Counted from the first letter of the stretch, positions 1 to 9,653 are shown. The stretch is 28,090 nt of DNA from Candidatus Eiseniibacteriota bacterium (GCA_043810925.1 JBDRNT010000060.1:1-28090), one strand, 5' to 3'. Numbers and translations: made by a program. The notes: generated by a model from the letters alone, not told the origin.

Positions 1-116
1 TTGTTGGGTACATATTTAATTTGTTAAAAATGTGGGGTAAAAAGATAAAAAGTTGACAATCTGGGTTCTCACCCCCACGACTCGGTTTTCGAACTCTGAC
101 CAAGATGTTCCGGGTT

Positions 117-167
117 GTGCAATAATGCAAGCCTGACCCCATGTGGCTTTTGACCCCACGTGGTTTG
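117..167 (-). repeat. End of a GGGGTCAGGCTT-type MITE/REP-like element with tandem TGGGGTCA duplication
   Basis: 129-142 (aagcctgaccccat) is the exact reverse complement of atggggtcaggctt at 27910-27923. A tandem imperfect repeat follows: tgaccccatgtggcttt (134-150) / tgaccccacgtggtttg (151-167). Confidence 0.55.
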
Positions 168-193
168 ACTTGGGGGGATTTTGGTGGTACAAT
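165..193 (+). promoter_or_regulatory. sigma70-type promoter with extended -10; likely leaderless transcript
   Basis: TTGACT (165-170), 17-nt spacer, TG-n-TACAAT (188-193). The ATG at 200 lies at the expected +1. Confidence 0.75.
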
Positions 194-199
194 AGGGGT

Positions 200-3100
200 A
201 TGAGATTGTGCCTTTTTTCTGTTATCCTGTTGGCCTGCCTGGCCCTTACTCAGCCAATCGCCTGCTACGAACTCACGCTGAGCGACCCTCAGGGCGATGA
301 CTACGGCCCCGGGACATATGCTTATCCGCTTGATCCCGTATTCACTGCAGGCTCGTTCGATATGACACGGCTCACCGTAAGAACGGTAGGCTCAGACGTA
401 CGCTTTGAGATCGAGGTGGCCGGCCAGATTGAGGATCCCTGGGGTTCGGGTGCCGGATTCTCGCTCCAGAGCGTTGATATCTACATAGATGTGGATGGCG
501 CGTCCGGGTCCGGCTCGACGGCATCCCTAGACCGGAGAAACGTCGAGTTCTCGCCCTCAAGCGGATGGGAATACGTTGTCTGGTGCGCTCCCCCGTTTGA
601 TGGTTTCGATCCCCATGTTGTTGACTCCGCCGGCGCCACGTATTATTCGGGTGTAACGGTGAGCGCCGATCAGGGCACGGACGTGATCACGATAGATGTG
701 CCCCAGAGCATAATCGGCTCACCGGGCACGAGCTGGCGCTACACCGCACTGATGCTAAGCCAGAATGGTTACGAGCAGGGAAGAGTCCGGCCGGTGGTCG
801 AAGACGTGGGCCAGTGGGTGCTCGGGGGCGGCGACAACGGCCAGTGGGATTCCAATGTGGTCGACATGGTCGCGGAGCCCGGTGTGGACCAGGAGGCGCT
901 CCTCGGAAACTATGATCCGTTGACAGGCTGGCAACCCGTACTGATAAACCGCGTCGATTCGAACCCTCCGGCGATTTCCCATGCTCCGCCGGTATCCTGG
1001 GAAGCCCATATTCCACTCGTCGTGGAGGCCGACATCGACGATGACGTGGTTGTTGAGGCGAGCTTGTTTTACCGGGTACCGGGCGGGACATATGACGAAG
1101 TCGCGATGCACAGGAGAACAGGGATCGAGTGGGATGCGACCATTCCTGGATCGCAGATAGACGAAGTCGGGCTTCAGTACTACCTGTTCGCCACGGATGC
1201 GACCAACCCGGGAACGCTGCCGGATTCATCCAGCCCGTTCATCGTAACCATTACCCCGGATGTTACGTCTCCCGGCATAGTCGATCTCAGTGCCACACCT
1301 TCACCGTTCTCACCCAATGACGACGGTTTCAAGGACTCCACACTCGTCACTGTGCGGCTGAGCGAGCCCGGCCATGTCTGGATCGAGGTCCGTGATTCGC
1401 TCGAGGCGAGCGTAAAGGTACTTGCTGACAGCATCTTTGCCGAGAGCACGCTCGTTGTGGCCTGGGATGGGACAAACCAACCGGGTGATCCGGTAGTGGA
1501 CGGCAGCTACACCGTGTATGCTATGTGCGAGGACATCGCCGGGTGGCCGAGCCTGCCTGAGTCCACGCTTGTCGAGGTGAACAGGACCATGCCTGCGAGG
1601 AGACTTGATGCGATCCTCCTCTTCCACGCCAACCAGAATCTCGTTCCATACGGAAGAGCAGCCAACCGGGCGTGCTACAAAGGTGTCCTTAACACCTTGC
1701 GTGCTCATCCCACGCTTAAGTTTGTGATTCATTTCTCGGGATGTCTTATAAGCGACCTCGTGTGGTCCGATCCCGAGACGATAGCCATACTCCTTGAGGG
1801 CATCGCGGACGGTCAGTTTGAGATCATCGGCAGCACCTACATTCAGAACATTATCTACTCCACGCGAAGTTTCGCTGAGGACTTCCAGTTTAACCACCAC
1901 CAGATAGCCATACACAAGAACCAGATCGAAGATGTCCTCGGCGTCTCACCGGTCAGCTTCTGGAATCCCGAACGAGTCTGGACCCAGAACATAGTGAAAC
2001 TCTTGACCGATAACGGTTATGAAAACGTGCAGATCGAGGACCACATTCTCTGGGACAGCGGCATCACGGGCAGCCAGTACGCCGTACGAACCACGACCTA
2101 CCAGGGTAAGTCCGTTAATGTCTTCACCGATGATAAGGACTTCGAAGGACGGGTGAACGGCGCCATCGATAGCGGTGACACGGCAAGCGTGATGGGATTC
2201 CTCAGGGGGCTTTATGATGAGGATACCGGCGACCGGTATGCCGTCTGCTATCACGAAGACATGGAGGCGACCGGTCTCTGGGATTACGAGGGGGGAGAGG
2301 ACCCGGTGATCGACTTCTCCAACCTCGATAAGTTGCTTACTGCATTTGAGAATGACCCAAGGATAAAGATCACGACCTACAGCGAATTCATCAAAGATCA
2401 CACGCCCTATGAAGACATCACACCCGTGGTTGACGGTGCTGCTGTGTGGATGGGAGAGAATGCCTGGTTTACGGAAAACGCCGGGCCCGAGGCGGAAGCC
2501 TACCGGCAGTTCTTCGGTACAATCAGGGACACGCTGAGTGCAATTCACTCGAGTTTCCCCGCCTACGCACCGGATACGCTCTCGGCGAGGACGCTCATCG
2601 ATCATGCCTGGTTCACGCTCATCGCCCATCAGTACGAGTTTGCGGTTCACGGCTATGGCGGCATCAGCGGGACCACCCAGTGGGACCTTGCCCGGACGGC
2701 TCTCGTCAGTGCGCGGGCCGCAAGGGAAGCCCTGCTTGAAACGGAGCGCCATTCGGTCGAAGACATAAACGACGACGGCATAGATGAGATCGTATTCGTG
2801 ACCTCAGGCGATCTCTACGTCCTTTCGACCTACGGTGGGAGACTGCTCTACTGGTTCGATCTCGAGACCGGTGAAGAGCTCGTCGGCAATGAAAACTTCA
2901 TGCGGACCTACGGAGAACCCTACACAAACGACAATGCCTACGTACCGGCTGTCGTGGGATGCGAATCCTATTCCTGGCTCTGCGGCAACATGATAATCCC
3001 CGAGATCAACACCTGGGTCTATGAGGCACGAAGACGCTGCTTCAACGATTCGGTCTGGATCGGCGGCCAGTCCGCCGGTTCGCTCGTCAACATGGTCTTA

Positions 3101-3838
3101 GGCTATTCGGTGGACTCGACCTTCGTTGACTTTGACTATAACCTGGGCGATATCACGATCACAAAGCGAATCAGCCCTTCACTCCATACCCTCGGAATCG
3201 AATACGGATTGACTTCAAGTTCCTCCCAGACCACCACGGTTGAACTCGAAATCGAAAATGGCCTTTCTCCCGGTTGTCTTGAGGTTACGCTCAAAGGCCG
3301 GGACGTCTTGAAGTACTGGGATGGAAGTGACACATCAACGGTCTTCACAGGCTCGACACGCGGTGTCACGAACGTCCTGAGCGGTAGCGGCCTTCTCTTC
3401 GATTTCACCGATCCGCCGACATCCGTGAGCGGTGAGGAGGACATCTTCGGGCTTGAGGTCAACCCCCGCTGGAGCGTCGAGATACCACCCTTCGGTAGCG
3501 ACGTGATCTCGATAAGTCTGGACATGGTGTTGGTCTCGGGTATCGAGCCCCCGGATGAGGAAGACCTCCGGGGCGGGCTTTTGATCTTCCCCAATCCTTC
3601 GAGAGGATCGGTCGCGCTTCGTCCTTCGGTAGCCCGCAGTGGGAGCGCCGAAGCCAGGATATACGATCTCTCCGGCAGGCTTGTACGAAAAGTAGCCACC
3701 TCTGGTTCGATCGGCCCGCCCACATTGTCATGGGACGGTCTCAACCACACCGGCCACCCTGTCGCCGACGGTATTTACTTCATAAGTGTGACCTCGGGCG
3801 GCCTGAGCTTCGACGGCAAGGTTGTGCTGATCAGGTGA
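200..3838 (+). CDS. Secreted multidomain GH57-family glycoside hydrolase: glucodextranase-type DOMON domain, Ig/FlgD-Ig domains, GH57 catalytic domain, beta-sandwich domain and C-terminal FlgD/T9SS-like sorting domain
   Basis: Signal peptide MRLCLFSVILLACLALTQPIAC from ATG 200. DPQGDDYGPGTYAYP..F..GSFD is a DOMON-like motif. GH57-like conserved regions: FHANQ, FEIIGSTY, FWNPERVW, HEDME, AHQYEFAVHGYGG. C-terminus IFPNPS..IYDLSGRLVR..WDG..GIYF..KVVLIR. Confidence 0.8.
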   Translation: MRLCLFSVILLACLALTQPIACYELTLSDPQGDDYGPGTYAYPLDPVFTAGSFDMTRLTVRTVGSDVRFEIEVAGQIEDPWGSGAGFSLQSVDIYIDVDGASGSGSTASLDRRNVEFSPSSGWEYVVWCAPPFDGFDPHVVDSAGATYYSGVTVSADQGTDVITIDVPQSIIGSPGTSWRYTALMLSQNGYEQGRVRPVVEDVGQWVLGGGDNGQWDSNVVDMVAEPGVDQEALLGNYDPLTGWQPVLINRVDSNPPAISHAPPVSWEAHIPLVVEADIDDDVVVEASLFYRVPGGTYDEVAMHRRTGIEWDATIPGSQIDEVGLQYYLFATDATNPGTLPDSSSPFIVTITPDVTSPGIVDLSATPSPFSPNDDGFKDSTLVTVRLSEPGHVWIEVRDSLEASVKVLADSIFAESTLVVAWDGTNQPGDPVVDGSYTVYAMCEDIAGWPSLPESTLVEVNRTMPARRLDAILLFHANQNLVPYGRAANRACYKGVLNTLRAHPTLKFVIHFSGCLISDLVWSDPETIAILLEGIADGQFEIIGSTYIQNIIYSTRSFAEDFQFNHHQIAIHKNQIEDVLGVSPVSFWNPERVWTQNIVKLLTDNGYENVQIEDHILWDSGITGSQYAVRTTTYQGKSVNVFTDDKDFEGRVNGAIDSGDTASVMGFLRGLYDEDTGDRYAVCYHEDMEATGLWDYEGGEDPVIDFSNLDKLLTAFENDPRIKITTYSEFIKDHTPYEDITPVVDGAAVWMGENAWFTENAGPEAEAYRQFFGTIRDTLSAIHSSFPAYAPDTLSARTLIDHAWFTLIAHQYEFAVHGYGGISGTTQWDLARTALVSARAAREALLETERHSVEDINDDGIDEIVFVTSGDLYVLSTYGGRLLYWFDLETGEELVGNENFMRTYGEPYTNDNAYVPAVVGCESYSWLCGNMIIPEINTWVYEARRRCFNDSVWIGGQSAGSLVNMVLGYSVDSTFVDFDYNLGDITITKRISPSLHTLGIEYGLTSSSSQTTTVELEIENGLSPGCLEVTLKGRDVLKYWDGSDTSTVFTGSTRGVTNVLSGSGLLFDFTDPPTSVSGEEDIFGLEVNPRWSVEIPPFGSDVISISLDMVLVSGIEPPDEEDLRGGLLIFPNPSRGSVALRPSVARSGSAEARIYDLSGRLVRKVATSGSIGPPTLSWDGLNHTGHPVADGIYFISVTSGGLSFDGKVVLIR

Positions 3839-3862
3839 CCGTCCGGCTCGTTTTTCGATCCG

Positions 3863-3929
3863 CCTGCTGAGGCATTCGGTCCGCTTGCTCAGGAAAGGCA
3901 TTCGCTAGCGGCCCGAATGCCTCAGCAGG
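3863..3929. repeat. Long intergenic hairpin (26-bp inverted repeat, 2 mismatches); copy A of a dispersed repeat
   Basis: cctgctgaggcattcggtccgcttgc (3863-3888) pairs with gctagcggcccgaatgcctcagcagg (3904-3929). Core 3876-3914 matches the reverse complement of 17575-17614 at 36/40 nt. Confidence 0.8.
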
Positions 3930-3942
3930 GCCACGACTGACC

Positions 3943-3971
3943 TTGACACAGCCTCGTCTGCCGTGTTTACT
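3943..3971 (+). promoter_or_regulatory. Possible sigma70 promoter for the permease gene
   Basis: Perfect TTGACA (3943-3948), 17 nt, then a weaker TTTACT (3966-3971). RBS gaaagga precedes the TTG start at 4010. Confidence 0.45.
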
Positions 3972-4009
3972 ACCCACAAGGCGCTGAAGCAAGAAAGGAC
4001 TCTTGGGTA

Positions 4010-5314
4010 TTGCTCACACTTGTCTTTGTAGCCGTGATCTTCGTCTGTTCCTACGCAGTCCTCGCCTTCCAGAAGGAGAAAAGGGCACGGGTTGTCTGGG
4101 CCGGGATCGCGGTGTTTGCCGTTTTCAATTACACCCTGGCTCCCGAGCCTTTCTGGGAAAACATCCTCGCACCGCTTCGTGACGTAAACTGGAACGTTAT
4201 CGGTATCTTCGTGGGCACGTTTCTCGTTGCTGAGAGCTTCACGGTCTCACTGGTGCCGAGGCGGCTTGCCAATGCGCTTGTCCGGAGGGCGGGGTCGGTC
4301 GGGACGGCCATCGTTCTTGTGGCCGCGCTTTCGGGCGTGCTTTCGGCATTTGTCGAAAACGTTGCCACGGTTCTTATCCTGGCGCCGATCGCCCTTGAGA
4401 TAGCAAAACGCCTCAAGGTCTCGCCCGTCCCGTTTCTGATTTCGATCGCCATATCAGCGAATCTCCAGGGAACGGCGACGCTTATAGGCGATCCCCCGAG
4501 CATGATACTTGCCGCGCATATGAAGCTGGACTTCAATCACTTCTTCGTCCTCGCCGGTAAGCCCGGTATCTTCTTTGCAGTCGAGGTCGGCGCCGTCGCC
4601 TCGCTCCTCGTACTCTACCTCATGTTCAGACGCTATAAACAACCCGTGACCGAGCCTGAGCCGACGGAGGTCAAGAGCTGGGTGCCGACCTATCTGCTTA
4701 TCGGGATGATAGGTGCGCTTGCCGTATCCCCGCTCTTCGATCCGGAGTTCAGATTCCTTGCGGGTGCCGTGTGTGTGGTCTTCGGTGTGGGGGCGAGGCT
4801 GTGGGAATGGAAGTTCTCCGAAGATCCCCGGTTGACCTATGTCAGGGAGACGCTTCGCCGGATCGACTGGGATACCACGTTCTTCCTGATCGGCATTTTC
4901 GTCTTCGTAGGCGTCCTTGCGCGTGCCGGTCTCCTTGAGAAACTCGCCGGGGCCGCCCAGGGTTTCATCGGTTCAAATGTCTTCTTGGGCTTCAATCTTG
5001 TAGTCTGGACCTCGATCGTTGTCTCGGCCTTCGTCGACAACGTCCCGTACATAACCGCCATGCTGCCCGTCATATCGATGCTGGCTGCCAAGATGGGGGT
5101 TTCGACCTATCTTCTGCCTTTCGGTCTCCTCATGGGAAGCTGCCTGGGCGGGAACATCACCCCGATCGGAGCGGCCGCAAATATAGTCGCAGTCGGCTAT
5201 CTTGCCCGGTACGGGCATAAGACCTCATTCGGCGAGTTCGTAAAGATCGGGCTCCCCTTTACGCTGGCCGCCACAATAGCCGGCTCCGCCTTCATCTGGT
5301 TGGTGTGGCACTAG
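4010..5314 (+). CDS. ArsB/NhaD (SLC13/CitMHS-like, IT superfamily) membrane permease
   Basis: Many TM segments. Twin motifs SAFVENVATVLILAPI and SAFVDNVPY, plus SANLQGTATLIGDPP and GGNITPIGAAANIV. Confidence 0.85.
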   Translation: MLTLVFVAVIFVCSYAVLAFQKEKRARVVWAGIAVFAVFNYTLAPEPFWENILAPLRDVNWNVIGIFVGTFLVAESFTVSLVPRRLANALVRRAGSVGTAIVLVAALSGVLSAFVENVATVLILAPIALEIAKRLKVSPVPFLISIAISANLQGTATLIGDPPSMILAAHMKLDFNHFFVLAGKPGIFFAVEVGAVASLLVLYLMFRRYKQPVTEPEPTEVKSWVPTYLLIGMIGALAVSPLFDPEFRFLAGAVCVVFGVGARLWEWKFSEDPRLTYVRETLRRIDWDTTFFLIGIFVFVGVLARAGLLEKLAGAAQGFIGSNVFLGFNLVVWTSIVVSAFVDNVPYITAMLPVISMLAAKMGVSTYLLPFGLLMGSCLGGNITPIGAAANIVAVGYLARYGHKTSFGEFVKIGLPFTLAATIAGSAFIWLVWH

Positions 5315-5352
5315 AAATCCCTCGGGAAATCGCTGGTCTTCCCCCCCACGTG

Positions 5353-5361
5353 TGATAAAAT
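5353..5361 (+). promoter_or_regulatory. Extended -10 promoter element
   Basis: TG-a-TAAAAT upstream of RBS ggaggg and ATG 5386. No convincing -35. Confidence 0.4.
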
Positions 5362-5385
5362 GCGAGGCAGGAGGGATGCGAGACC

Positions 5386-6714
5386 ATGAGGTGGGTTTTT
5401 CTGCTTGCTTGCCTGCTGATCCTGGCACCGCACATGTCCACCGCACGCACCTGGGACATTACACCAGACGGTACAGGCGACGCCCCGACCATCCAGGCGG
5501 GGATTGACTCGGCGGCCACCGGCGACACGATTGTCCTTGCAAGTGGTACATACACGGGCGCTGGAAACCGGGATGTGGACTTTCTCGGCAAAGCCGTCAC
5601 AGTGAGATCCGAAAGCCGTGTTCCGGCCGATTGCATCGTCGATTGCGAGGGAGAAGGTCGAGGTTTCATCTTCGATACAGCAGAGGGTCAGATGTCCCAG
5701 CTTGAAGGCATCACAATCAAGAATGGTCACGACCTGGACCAGGGCGGGGCCGTCTACATCGGCTCCTATTCCGCCCCAACGATCAGGAACTGCAAGTTCA
5801 TCTCGAACTCCTCGGGCCTGAGTGGTGAATACGGGATTGGTGGGGCCATCTATGTCTACTACGATGCCAGCCCCACGATCAGTAACTGCGAGTTCATCTC
5901 GAACTCTTCGGGCTATAGCGGTGGGGCTATACACTCCGATGCCTGGTACTGGGACGGCAGAATAACCGGGTGCACCTTCATCGGTAACACTTCCCCGGGG
6001 GGTGGTGCGATCTACTGCTATGGTCAGAACCCCGGAGGGCTTACGGCCGACAGCTGTCTCTTCCGTGAGAACACTGCCTTGAGTGGAGGATCTATTGCTC
6101 ATGGTGAAGGCCACGATATAGGAGAATTCCGTCACTGTACCTTCCACGCCAATTCGGCCGAGGCAGGTGGTGCAGTTGGTATTGGACCGGGGGGAGCCAC
6201 GTTTTCATACTGTACCTTCCATGCTAACACCGCGGAACGTGGGGGTGCTGCGAGTTTCGGGGGTGGAGGCGCGAATTTTGAAGGCTGCACATTCGTCGCG
6301 AACTCAGCCGGGACCGGTAGTGCTGTAAGCTGCTACTCAGATGCGAGTCCCACCCTGTTATGGTGCATAATCGCCTATGGAGTGGGCGGTGCTGGCGTCT
6401 ACGTTGATCCGGCCAGCCGCCTGACCCCAGGCTTTGAATGCAGTGATCTGTATGGGAACGAGGGTGGTGACTGGGTGGGGCGTATTGCCGGCGAGCTGGG
6501 TAACAACGGCAACTTCTCCGCCTGTCCTTCATTCTGCAACGCGCATTTAGAGCCCTACGACTTTCATCTCTGCGACGAATCACCCTGCCTGCCCGGGAAT
6601 CACCCCGACGGTGCCGGCTGCGGCCTCATCGGTGCTTGGGACCAGGGTTGTGCGTGCGGACCCACCCAGACCGAGGAAACCACCTGGGGACGCATAAAAG
6701 CCACGTTCAGATGA
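5386..6714 (+). CDS. Secreted right-handed parallel beta-helix (Pmp-like GGA/FxxN repeat) protein with C-terminal TTWGRIKATFR motif
   Basis: Signal peptide, then PTIQAGIDSA..GDTIVLASGTYTG and repeated GGAI/V..(C)xFxxN units. Cys-rich C-terminal part, ending ETTWGRIKATFR*. Confidence 0.85.
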   Translation: MRWVFLLACLLILAPHMSTARTWDITPDGTGDAPTIQAGIDSAATGDTIVLASGTYTGAGNRDVDFLGKAVTVRSESRVPADCIVDCEGEGRGFIFDTAEGQMSQLEGITIKNGHDLDQGGAVYIGSYSAPTIRNCKFISNSSGLSGEYGIGGAIYVYYDASPTISNCEFISNSSGYSGGAIHSDAWYWDGRITGCTFIGNTSPGGGAIYCYGQNPGGLTADSCLFRENTALSGGSIAHGEGHDIGEFRHCTFHANSAEAGGAVGIGPGGATFSYCTFHANTAERGGAASFGGGGANFEGCTFVANSAGTGSAVSCYSDASPTLLWCIIAYGVGGAGVYVDPASRLTPGFECSDLYGNEGGDWVGRIAGELGNNGNFSACPSFCNAHLEPYDFHLCDESPCLPGNHPDGAGCGLIGAWDQGCACGPTQTEETTWGRIKATFR

Positions 6715-6750
6715 CCCCACCCGCAAGACAGCTTCACCACACAGAATGCC

Positions 6751-6793
6751 CGGGGCTTTAGGCTTTGACTTGTAAAGCCCCGTTAAGTAAACT
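6751..6793 (+). promoter_or_regulatory. sigma70 promoter of the sugar operon, overlapped by a perfect 10-bp inverted repeat
   Basis: TTGACT (6765-6770), 17 nt, TAAACT (6788-6793). cggggcttta (6751-6760) and taaagccccg (6773-6782) flank the -35. Confidence 0.65.
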
Positions 6794-6851
6794 CTTATGG
6801 TACATATCCTAAACGCCGAAAAGGGATAAGAAGGAACTCTCAGGAGGGCGT

Positions 6852-8168
6852 ATGTACAATATTTGTGTAGCAGGAACAGGTTACGTCGGGCTCGTGACAG
6901 GAGCCTGTCTCGCAGACTTCGGCAATGCGGTCAGGTGTGTGGACATCGACGAGTCGAAAATCTCCAGTCTTGAGAACTCGGAGGTACCGTTCTATGAGCC
7001 GGGTCTCCAGGAGATCGTGAAACGAAACGTGGAGCGTGGAAGGCTTTCATTTTCGACCGACGTCAAAATGGGAATTGAGGAAGCCACCGTCATCTTTGTC
7101 GCTGTCGGTACCCCGATGAGCAATGAGGGCGAGGCGGATCTCTCTTATGTTGAGATGGTTGCAAAGAGCGTCGGTGAGCATCTCAACGGCTATAAGATCA
7201 TTGTAATGAAGAGCACGGTACCTGCTGGAACGTGCGATCTGGTCCAGGGCATAATCGAGAAGACTTCGACCAGCGGACATGATTTCGATGTTGTCTCAAA
7301 CCCCGAGTTCCTGCGTGAAGGTTCGGCGATTGAGGACTTCATGAAGCCCGACAGGATCGTACTCGGTGCTTCGACCGAGCGGGCGCTCAAGGTTATGACC
7401 GAGATCTACCGTCCGCTGATCCTTGAAGACACCCCGGTAGTTGATACGGATGTCAAGACCTCCGAGATGATCAAGTATGCTTCGAATGCCTTCCTGGCAA
7501 CGAAGATCTCATTCATAAATGAAATCGCTAACGTATGCGAGAGGATCAATGCCGATGTGTCCGTCGTCTCCCGCGCAATGGGGCTCGATCAACGGATCGG
7601 GCCGCAGTTTCTGCGGGCGGGGGCCGGCTACGGTGGTTCATGCTTCCCGAAGGATACCCGGGCGCTCGTCAAGACGGCCGAGGCCGCTGGCTACGACTTG
7701 AGAATCGTCAAAGCTGCGATAACGGTTAACGATGAGCAGCGACGTCATATGGTTAGGAAGATCGACAAAGCCATGGGTGGCGTCAAGGGTAAGACTATCG
7801 CCATCCTCGGGTTTGCATTTAAACCCGATACGGACGACTTAAGAGAGGCACCGGCCATCGATATGGCGAAGGATCTTCAGGGTATGGGCGCAGCTCTTAC
7901 GGGTTACGATCCCGTTGCGATGGAGGATGCAAAGACCTTCGTGAAGGACGTTACCTTCTGTGAGGATGTATTCGAAGCGGTCAAGGGTGTGGACGCGGCT
8001 GTCTTCGTCACCGAATGGAATGAGTTCAGAGATCTGGATCTTGTAAAGATCAAGAGTCTTATGAAAGCACCCGTACTCATAGACTGCAGAAACATATACG
8101 AACCTCCGCGGATGAAAGAGCTCGGGTTTGAGTACTTCAGCGTAGGCCGCACGCCCAGGGAGGCGTAG
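6852..8168 (+). CDS. ugd: UDP-glucose 6-dehydrogenase
   Basis: GTGYVGLV Rossmann motif, KSTVP, SNPEFLREGSA, KYASNAFLATKISF, GYGGSCFPKD, FKPDTDDLRE. RBS aggagg. Confidence 0.92.
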   Translation: MYNICVAGTGYVGLVTGACLADFGNAVRCVDIDESKISSLENSEVPFYEPGLQEIVKRNVERGRLSFSTDVKMGIEEATVIFVAVGTPMSNEGEADLSYVEMVAKSVGEHLNGYKIIVMKSTVPAGTCDLVQGIIEKTSTSGHDFDVVSNPEFLREGSAIEDFMKPDRIVLGASTERALKVMTEIYRPLILEDTPVVDTDVKTSEMIKYASNAFLATKISFINEIANVCERINADVSVVSRAMGLDQRIGPQFLRAGAGYGGSCFPKDTRALVKTAEAAGYDLRIVKAAITVNDEQRRHMVRKIDKAMGGVKGKTIAILGFAFKPDTDDLREAPAIDMAKDLQGMGAALTGYDPVAMEDAKTFVKDVTFCEDVFEAVKGVDAAVFVTEWNEFRDLDLVKIKSLMKAPVLIDCRNIYEPPRMKELGFEYFSVGRTPREA

Positions 8169-8169
8169 G

Positions 8170-8631
8170 ATGCCCATGATCGAAGGTGTCACTACCAAGA
8201 AACTTAAGGTGATTCCCGATGAGCGGGGCTTCCTTATGGAGATGTTGAGGAGTGACGACGAGATTTTCAAACAGTTCGGACAGGTCTATCTTTCGGTCGC
8301 GTATCCCGGTATGGTGAAGGGCTGGCATTATCACAAGAAGCAAACGGATAATTTCACAGTCGTCAAGGGGATGCTCAAGGTCGTGCTTTACGACCAGCGG
8401 GAAGACTCGAAGACACATGGTGAGATAAACGAATTTTTCATAGGTGAGCTCAACCCGATGCTGATCGTCATACCCCCTATGGTGGTGCATGGGGTGACGG
8501 CAGTGGGGTCCGAACCCGGTTACCTTGTAAACTGCCCAACCGAGCCATACGACTATGCGAATCCTGATGAATACAGGATCGATCCTCATGGTGGGGAAGT
8601 GCCGTATGACTGGAAAAGAAAGGACGGCTGA
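8170..8631 (+). CDS. rfbC: dTDP-4-dehydrorhamnose 3,5-epimerase family cupin (RmlC-like)
   Basis: DERGFLME, VKGWHYH, D.REDSKTHG and IPPMVVHG motifs. Confidence 0.8.
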   Translation: MPMIEGVTTKKLKVIPDERGFLMEMLRSDDEIFKQFGQVYLSVAYPGMVKGWHYHKKQTDNFTVVKGMLKVVLYDQREDSKTHGEINEFFIGELNPMLIVIPPMVVHGVTAVGSEPGYLVNCPTEPYDYANPDEYRIDPHGGEVPYDWKRKDG

Positions 8632-8633
8632 TA

Positions 8634-9653
8634 TTGCCGCGTAAGATACTCGTAACAGGCGGCGCCGGATTCATAGGAAGCAATTTCACGAGATATATGC
8701 TCAGCACGTATGATGATATTGATGTCGTCGTCCTCGACAAGCTCACCTATGCGGGCAATCTCGACAATCTAAAGGAGATAGAGGACAGCCCACGGTACAA
8801 GTTCATTCACGGCGACATCTGCGACGAGAAGGTAGTCGATGAGGCCGCCGCGGGCTGTGACTGCATACTCAATTTCGCGGCCGAGACACACGTGGACCGG
8901 TCGATAGGCGATCCGGCGAGCTTTATAACAACAGATGTCTATGGAACGTACGTACTGCTTGAGGCGACGAGGAAGCTCGGCATACCGAAGTTCATTCAGA
9001 TCTCAACCGACGAAGTCTACGGTGACGCGGTTGAGGAGCCTTCACGGGAGAACTCGCCTCTGATGCCGCAGAGTCCCTATGCTGCGAGCAAGGCCGGTGC
9101 CGACCGGCTGGCCTACTCCTTCTTCGTGACCTACGGGACGCCCGTGATAATAACCCGGTGCAGCAACAACTATGGCCCCAATCAGTACCCGGAAAAGATG
9201 GTGCCCCTGTTCATAACCAACGCGTTGGACGACATGGATCTCCCCGTCTACGGTACCGGAGAGAACACGCGTGATTGGATATACGTGACGGATCATGTGA
9301 AAGCCCTTGATCTTGTAATGAATGCCGGGGGGCTTGAGGGAAGCGTGCTCAATGTCGGGAGCGGAATAGAGCTGAGCGTTCTCCAGGTGGCCGACCGCAT
9401 CCTCAAGGCCCTGGGAAAACCCCACGATCTCCTAAAGCGGGTGACCGACAGGCCCGGACACGTCCGGAGACACGCAGTCAATACCGAAACGATCGCATCG
9501 ACACTCGGCTGGAAAGCTGAGATCGATTTCGAAAAGGGTCTTGAGATGACCGTGGAGTGGTACATGAGTAACAGGGGATGGTGGGAGAAGATAAAAAGCG
9601 GGGAGTTCAAGGAATACTACAGGAAAATGTACGCGGAGACGCGAAAAGTATGA
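8634..9653 (+). CDS. rfbB: dTDP-glucose 4,6-dehydratase
   Basis: [63 protein letters not shown] start. Confidence 0.92.
   Translation: MPRKILVTGGAGFIGSNFTRYMLSTYDDIDVVVLDKLTYAGNLDNLKEIEDSPRYKFIHGDICDEKVVDEAAAGCDCILNFAAETHVDRSIGDPASFITTDVYGTYVLLEATRKLGIPKFIQISTDEVYGDAVEEPSRENSPLMPQSPYAASKAGADRLAYSFFVTYGTPVIITRCSNNYGPNQYPEKMVPLFITNALDDMDLPVYGTGENTRDWIYVTDHVKALDLVMNAGGLEGSVLNVGSGIELSVLQVADRILKALGKPHDLLKRVTDRPGHVRRHAVNTETIASTLGWKAEIDFEKGLEMTVEWYMSNRGWWEKIKSGEFKEYYRKMYAETRKV

Noticed and set aside
143-199. N-terminal extension of the GH57 ORF from GTG 143
   Set aside because: It coincides with repeat and promoter sequence; the signal peptide starts at ATG 200.
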